Virus record (IMG/VR): IMGVR_UViG_3300045988_074841
Reading direction: 5' to 3' (one strand)
From: a virus
Length of the DNA: 64,000 nt
Both the position numbers and the translations under genes were made by a program. The notes below the pieces were generated by a model. That model searched no databases, had not been told where the DNA came from, and saw only the letters and a program-made list of their open reading frames with translations. Positions 58,629 to 64,000 of the stretch are shown here, one piece after another; the stretch's first letter is position 1; the number at the start of each line of letters is the position of its first letter.

Positions 58629-59993
58629 ATGTTTGTATTTCGTAATAGTATTGGGTTCGGTCAGCATCATCGTTTGATGGTTGAACTTGATAATATTGAT
58701 TTTGGAAATGGCGGTGGTAATGGTAGTGGTACTAACGCCAATAATAACCAAGGTAACGGAGGCGGCACTGATAATAATAACGGTGGTGGTAATGGCTCTG
58801 GTGATAATAAAGATGGTGACGGTAAAGAGGGTGATGGAAATGATAAAGATAATCCTGAGCCTGATAATGCCAATGATAATCCTGATAATAAGGATAATAA
58901 CAAAGACAATCCATCCAACTCTTCTACGGGGGGTCTTGAGGTAGGTACAAATGTCGAGTTTGAAGGCAAAAAGTATACTGTTGCTGAAAATGGAGACCTT
59001 GTAGATGCAGATGGTAAAGTTTTTAAAGAAGCTAAAGATGTTGACGAGTGGATTAAATCACTCGAAGTTGATGAACCTGGAGCTGAGGTAAATATTGAAA
59101 ATATTCGTAAAGCTATGAATATTGATATTACTGATGAAAATGGTAATCCAGTTGAATTTACTGATGACATTGAAGGTATTAAGAGTTACATTAATTCTGC
59201 TATTGAACTTAAATCAAATGAAGTAGCTGTTGCTGCTGTTAATAAAGTATTTGTTGACAATCCTATTCTCAAGCAGTTTGTTGATTATCTTACTGTAAAT
59301 GGTGGTGATTCTCGTGGTTTTGGTGAACGTCCTGACCGTTCAGGTATTACTGTTGATGAGAAGTCTGAAGAGCAACAGATTGCTATTATTAAAGCTGCTG
59401 CTAAAGAATTTGGTAATGCTTCTCTTAATGATAATTACATTAAGTATCTTAAAGATTCTGGTGGTCTTTATGATGAAGCTAAAGTTCAACTTGCTAACCT
59501 TCAAAATGCTGATAAACAACGTGATGAAGATGAAGCTAAACAAGCTGAAGCTTATCGTCAAAAACAAGAAGCTGAAACTATTGCTTATTGGAAAGGTATT
59601 AAAGATACTATTGATAAACGTGAAATTGGAGGATATAAACTTCCTGAATCTCTTGTTAAAGAAGTTAATGGACAGAAAGTTACTGTTACTCCAAACGATT
59701 TCTATGATTATCTTTCTTGTGGTATTAAAGATGAAAATGGTAATATTGCTACTGCTTATGAGCGTGCTCTTGCTAATCAATCTCCAGAGGAAGCTACTAA
59801 TCAAGAATTACTTAGTGCTTGGTTAATGTTCACAGGTGGAACTTATAAAGACCTTGTTAAAATGGCTATTAATAATGAGCAGGTTAAAACTTTAAAGCTT
59901 GTTGCCAAAGGAAATAAAGGTCATGGTGCTGTACGAATTACTAAGCCACAAACTAATAATAATAAAGCTATTGATAATATTCAATTTAGCTAA
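58629..59993 (+). CDS. capsid-module protein with N-terminal Gly/Asn/Asp low-complexity region and coiled-coil (scaffold- or decoration-like)
   Basis: ORF located between the portal and MCP genes. The N-terminal 100 aa is a GNGGG/DN-rich disordered segment. Central and C-terminal regions are helical (QLANLQNADKQRDEDEAKQAEAYRQKQEAE). Confidence 0.45.
   Translation: MFVFRNSIGFGQHHRLMVELDNIDFGNGGGNGSGTNANNNQGNGGGTDNNNGGGNGSGDNKDGDGKEGDGNDKDNPEPDNANDNPDNKDNNKDNPSNSSTGGLEVGTNVEFEGKKYTVAENGDLVDADGKVFKEAKDVDEWIKSLEVDEPGAEVNIENIRKAMNIDITDENGNPVEFTDDIEGIKSYINSAIELKSNEVAVAAVNKVFVDNPILKQFVDYLTVNGGDSRGFGERPDRSGITVDEKSEEQQIAIIKAAAKEFGNASLNDNYIKYLKDSGGLYDEAKVQLANLQNADKQRDEDEAKQAEAYRQKQEAETIAYWKGIKDTIDKREIGGYKLPESLVKEVNGQKVTVTPNDFYDYLSCGIKDENGNIATAYERALANQSPEEATNQELLSAWLMFTGGTYKDLVKMAINNEQVKTLKLVAKGNKGHGAVRITKPQTNNNKAIDNIQFS
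58919..58933 (+). repeat. GC-rich motif copy CTCTTCTACGGGGGG in-frame in 58629..59993 (NSSTGGLEV)
   Basis: direct reading of sequence. Confidence 0.8.
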
Positions 59994-60018
59994 ATGTTTA
60001 ATTAATTAATTAATAACT

Positions 60019-61497
60019 ATGTACGCAATTCGTGAAGTGCAACGTGGTAACTATGATGACCGTGGTTATTCTAATGAGGAAACTATTGCTCATCTTATGC
60101 TTACCAAACCTAGTGAGATTAATTCTATGCTCACCTATACTTTTGGTATGGATGATGATAGATTCCCACTTAATTTCCTTACAGAAGGACAAGGTACTGC
60201 TGGTGTAGTAGATATTGCTACTACTGATTGGACTTGGAAGACTATGGGTCGTATGAAGTTCAATGATTCTGTACTTTGGTTTAACACTGCTAATACTACT
60301 CCTGGTAAAGGTGGTGCTACTTTTGAAGTTGAGTTTAAGACACACTGGTTCATTGAGCAGTATGGTTTGATTGCTCCTGATGGTGTAACTCAAGTTCGTA
60401 TTATGAAAGACCTTGGTCATGGTTCTCATGGTGGTTATTTGTATCGTCTTCGTATTACAAATCCTAATCCAAATGCTTACGTTAATGTAACTCAGAATCT
60501 TGGTGTAGGTATGTTTTGGTCTTTGACTGCTCCTACTATTCCAGAGTCTTTCTCAAAGGGTAATCGTACTAATACTATGGGACCTGGTAAGATGACTTCT
60601 CAACTTGAGTTCCATCGTTATAGTAAAGAGATTGCTGGTAACATTAGTAATACTGTTGTTACTTATGAGTTTAAGACTAGTGGTGGTGGTACTACTAATC
60701 TTTGGATGAATGAGGAGATGCGCCAGTTTGAGCTTCAGCAACGTGTTATGAATGAAGAGCGTCTTTGGTTTGCAGAATATAATAAGACTGTAAACGGTGA
60801 GATTACTCTTATTGATGAAGACAATGGTCAGCCTATTCCACATACTGCTGGTATGCAACAGATTTGTCGTGAAAGTAACTATGATACTTATGGAGAGGAA
60901 CTTACTCTTAATAAGTTGAATCGTACTATCGGTGATATTCTTGACCGCAATACTGATACCGGTAATATGGATGTAGTTCTTGCTTGTGGTAAAGGTTTCG
61001 TTGAGGACTTTGACCGTGCTATTAAGAATGATGCTCGTGATAATGGTTTTATTACTCCTCTTGGTGACAAGATGATTACTGAATCTAAGAGTGGTCTTTC
61101 TTATGGTAATTACTTCCGTCAGTATAAGACTGTTGATGGTCACATGATTACTCTCAAGCATCTTGGTTTCCTTGACCGTGGTACTTTTGCAGACAATGCT
61201 CGTGACAATGGTTATATCCATCCTCGTACTGGTCTTCCAATGACTTCTCACCAAGCATTTATGCTTGATACATCTTCTTATGATGGTCATAATAATATTC
61301 GTAAGGTACGTATGAAGGGTCAAGAGCATATTGCTGGAGTTGTTAAGGGTCTTACTCCAATTCCTGCATCATGGGGTGGTTTCCCTGCTAATACTCTGTC
61401 TACAGACATTGACGTATCTCGTTATGAGGTTAAGGATTCTTATGGTCTTCAAGTTGACCGTAACACTAAGTTCTTCCAACTCAAGTGTGTACTCTAA
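60019..61497 (+). CDS. putative major capsid protein
   Basis: 492-aa ORF with highly-expressed-type codon usage at the canonical position downstream of portal/scaffold. Size matches crAss-like HK97-fold MCPs. Confidence 0.45.
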   Translation: MYAIREVQRGNYDDRGYSNEETIAHLMLTKPSEINSMLTYTFGMDDDRFPLNFLTEGQGTAGVVDIATTDWTWKTMGRMKFNDSVLWFNTANTTPGKGGATFEVEFKTHWFIEQYGLIAPDGVTQVRIMKDLGHGSHGGYLYRLRITNPNPNAYVNVTQNLGVGMFWSLTAPTIPESFSKGNRTNTMGPGKMTSQLEFHRYSKEIAGNISNTVVTYEFKTSGGGTTNLWMNEEMRQFELQQRVMNEERLWFAEYNKTVNGEITLIDEDNGQPIPHTAGMQQICRESNYDTYGEELTLNKLNRTIGDILDRNTDTGNMDVVLACGKGFVEDFDRAIKNDARDNGFITPLGDKMITESKSGLSYGNYFRQYKTVDGHMITLKHLGFLDRGTFADNARDNGYIHPRTGLPMTSHQAFMLDTSSYDGHNNIRKVRMKGQEHIAGVVKGLTPIPASWGGFPANTLSTDIDVSRYEVKDSYGLQVDRNTKFFQLKCVL

Positions 61498-61508
61498 TAT
61501 TTTAAAAT

Positions 61509-62669
61509 TTGATTGCTATGACTGATATTAAAATTGAAATTCCAATGGGAAGTCCTGCAAATAGTGGAAACGATAATACTCCTGCTGAAGGTTCAACTCC
61601 TTCAGCAGACCAGACACAAGCTGAATTAGAAGCTAAAGAAAAAGCTGCTCTTGAGGCAGAACTTGAAGCTCCATATTTTGAAAAGAAGACTGTAGTTATT
61701 TCTTCTGTTCGTAATTATTCTGCTTATCGTAGAATTAATATGCAAGCTCTTGGTAAGCCTAAAGCTACTATAGGTTCTTCTGTTAAGTCTGTACGTATTC
61801 TTATGAGTGATAAAGGTGAGCTAGCTGCTTATTATCCAGAGATTATTGGTGTTGCTGCTAATCATCCAGACTTCGTTACTAGAGTTAAAGGTTATCTTAA
61901 TAACATTTTCTTTGATGTTAATGATGGAGATAAGGAACTTAATATTTCTTTCCATTATAATCATAAAAGAGACTATCTCGCTGTTAAAGCTGAGGAAGAT
62001 AAAATTCTTGCAGCTTATGAAAAGGTAGACCGCTCTAATGAAGCAGAGCTTTATAAAGCTGCTGTTAAACGTGATGAAGCTATTACTCGTCTTGAGCAAA
62101 CTAAGTACCAGTATGGTATGCCTGATAACGTAGAGGAATATATTATTTGGCGTCATTGTCTTAACTATCCTGATGTAGCTAAAGATGAAGCGTTTATAAA
62201 TAGTAATGCTACTCTTCGTTTCTTTATTAAAGATGTTGCTAAAGAAGAGAATCGTAAGGTTAAACTTATTGTTGAACGTAAGAAGGCTATTGAACGTCTT
62301 GTTGAACTTCAATCTTCACCTAGTAAAGTTAGTGCTACTTATATTCAGTATTGTAGAACTAACGGTCTTAACATTTCTGATGGTCTTAATAAGACTGCTC
62401 TTGAACAAGTTGATGACCTTATGAAGTTCGCTACTGAAGACCCTAAGAAGTTTAATTCTATAGTTACTGACAAGAATCTTCTCGATAAGGCATTTATCGA
62501 AATTCTTATTACTAGAGGTGAACTTGTTCGTTCAGAGTATAATCAACAAATAAATACTCCTGATGGTCTGTTTGTTGGTGCTAATATTAATGATGCTATT
62601 GCATTCTTTAAGAACCCTGACAATAACGGACTAAAGAATAAATTGGAAAACAAATTGAAACTCTTTTAA
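61509..62669 (+). CDS. structural-module protein (386 aa)
   Basis: ORF 11 nt after the MCP stop. Confidence 0.45.
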   Translation: MIAMTDIKIEIPMGSPANSGNDNTPAEGSTPSADQTQAELEAKEKAALEAELEAPYFEKKTVVISSVRNYSAYRRINMQALGKPKATIGSSVKSVRILMSDKGELAAYYPEIIGVAANHPDFVTRVKGYLNNIFFDVNDGDKELNISFHYNHKRDYLAVKAEEDKILAAYEKVDRSNEAELYKAAVKRDEAITRLEQTKYQYGMPDNVEEYIIWRHCLNYPDVAKDEAFINSNATLRFFIKDVAKEENRKVKLIVERKKAIERLVELQSSPSKVSATYIQYCRTNGLNISDGLNKTALEQVDDLMKFATEDPKKFNSIVTDKNLLDKAFIEILITRGELVRSEYNQQINTPDGLFVGANINDAIAFFKNPDNNGLKNKLENKLKLF

Positions 62670-62680
62670 TTGATAAAGAT

Positions 62681-63589
62681 ATGACTACTGCTGAAATGCA
62701 CCAAATGTTCAGAAACTATGCCCAACAAATGGGTATGCAGAATGTGAGAGCAATACTGCCTTCACAGATAGATTTGTTGCTGAACAACTCTATTTCGGAC
62801 ACAGTAAATCAAGTGATTGCTCAAAACATTGGTTCTACCAGTGATAGAGTAATCACTGATAACTCAAAGCTTAATCAAGTTAATGCTCTTAAAAGTCTTT
62901 ATAAAGTATGGAAAGCTAAAGTTAAACTTCCTGCTGCAAAGACTAACTACATTGCAAGTTATATTCTTCCTCTTGAAAATTTTGGTATAGCTAGCGAAGC
63001 TAAAGATAGCACAATTAAAATAGGTGATAACGTATATGCTACTCCTGGTAGTGCAGATAACGGTAAACCTAATAAGATTGAATATTTCTTCCTTGTAGAT
63101 TTGAGCATTGATTATGTTAAAGCTGATGGTGGTAGTTCATTTACTACTAATATATTCCCAATTCGTCTTGTAGATGACCAATATCTTGCTGATGTTGTTA
63201 ATGACTTTGTAATGGCTCCAAGTCTTCGAAGTCCTGTTGCTACTATTCACGATAACACTATTGAACTTTACATTGATAAACCTGATGCCAATACTAAGAG
63301 TACACCAGCTGCTTATAAGTTTGAAGGTGGTCTTGAAGTAAACGAAATTCGTTTATCTTATATTGGTAAGCCTGGTATTGTTAAGTTTAATGAAGACATT
63401 GGTGGTACAGACGTAGATTGTGAACTTCCTGAGAGTATGCACGTTGATATTGTTAAACATGCTGTTGATTTGTATCGTATCGCTCTTAATGGTAGTATTG
63501 TAGGTGCTCAAGGTGCTCAACAGCAACAACAACGTGAAAATGTCCGTAATAATGCTAGAGACGAAGGTTATGAACCTAATTCTCGTTAG
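62681..63589 (+). CDS. structural-module protein (302 aa)
   Basis: ORF. Confidence 0.45.
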   Translation: MTTAEMHQMFRNYAQQMGMQNVRAILPSQIDLLLNNSISDTVNQVIAQNIGSTSDRVITDNSKLNQVNALKSLYKVWKAKVKLPAAKTNYIASYILPLENFGIASEAKDSTIKIGDNVYATPGSADNGKPNKIEYFFLVDLSIDYVKADGGSSFTTNIFPIRLVDDQYLADVVNDFVMAPSLRSPVATIHDNTIELYIDKPDANTKSTPAAYKFEGGLEVNEIRLSYIGKPGIVKFNEDIGGTDVDCELPESMHVDIVKHAVDLYRIALNGSIVGAQGAQQQQQRENVRNNARDEGYEPNSR

Positions 63590-63617
63590 TTAAACGTAAT
63601 TTATAATTTAAGTAATA

Positions 63618-64000
63618 ATGAGACAATTATTTATTTGTACTAGTGATGCAGTTCTTGCTGCTGCTGGTAAACCACAAGACTTGACCAATGTAGCTGCTGG
63701 TACTATTGGTATGTGGCAGAATGATGATGATTCTAAGTGGCTTTCTGCTACTCCTGCTGCTGATTTTAGTATTGCTTATGGTCGTCCTAATAGTCAAGCA
63801 ATCGTAATTCCTATTGATTTTGCTTCTGCACGTGTTACAGTTTCTACTCCTCAAGCAGGTAACATGTTTGAGGCAAAGATTACTATTCCAGAACCTGTTG
63901 CAGGTAAAGATTATACACTTCAGCTTATTAAACTTGGTACTGAAAAGCATGAGCGTTATTCTTGGACTGTTACAGATAATGGTTCACATAAGACTACTGC
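63618..64000 (+). CDS. structural-module protein, 3-prime partial (continues beyond window)
   Basis: ATG at 63618 opens a frame with no stop to nt 64000 (MRQLFICTSDAVLAAAGKPQDL...). The listed - strand ORF 63627..63950 is antisense to it. Confidence 0.5.
   Translation, partial: MRQLFICTSDAVLAAAGKPQDLTNVAAGTIGMWQNDDDSKWLSATPAADFSIAYGRPNSQAIVIPIDFASARVTVSTPQAGNMFEAKITIPEPVAGKDYTLQLIKLGTEKHERYSWTVTDNGSHKTT

Noticed and set aside
58667-59170. 167-aa - strand ORF and a Tyr/His-rich + frame ORF over the low-complexity region of 58629..59993
   Set aside because: Artefacts of the GGT/GAT/AAT repeat DNA; the + strand frame 58629..59993 is continuous and contextually supported.
63627-63950. 107-aa - strand ORF at the window end
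   Set aside because: Antisense to the partial + strand gene starting at 63618, which continues the structural operon.

Overview
AT-rich (about 30% GC) 64-kb segment of what looks like a crAss-like (Crassvirales-type) Bacteroidales phage genome with standard stop codons. Four blocks are recognisable. (1) nt 1-17174, + strand: the end of the virion cargo / RNA-polymerase block. A 5-prime-truncated >1200-aa protein with an HExxH motif is followed by a single 4457-aa giant ORF carrying a DxDxD (DFDID) motif typical of crAss-like virion RNA polymerases. (2) nt 17175-18019: convergent terminator zone with a tRNA-Gln(UUG) flanked by strong hairpins. (3) nt 18020-46370, - strand: replication / nucleotide-metabolism module. 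It contains dUTPase, ThyX, ATP-dependent ligase, TOPRIM primase-like protein, SSB with a DDLPF tail, family-B DNA polymerase, UDG-like protein, Dda/RecD-like SF1B helicase, a Gp157-like protein and many small unknowns. (4) nt 46371-49391: non-coding control region with a purine-rich tract, operator-like palindromes, a putative wHTH protein gene, iteron-like direct repeats flanking a gene with atypical codon usage, a G8 run and a T-rich low-complexity tract. After it, nt 49392-64000 on the + strand: a Cas4-like nuclease, a lysis cassette (YkuD-fold hydrolase plus overlapped i-/o-spanin-like pair), putative TerL, portal, a scaffold-like protein and major capsid protein. The most unusual signal is a GC-rich 15-20-nt motif (CATCTTCTACGGGGCGG). 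It recurs at least 18 times in both orientations. Copies lie either in-frame inside unrelated genes (encoding SSTGR/G or RPVED) or within 30 nt downstream of stop codons. This behaves like a small selfish or regulatory DNA element that has not, to my knowledge, been described.
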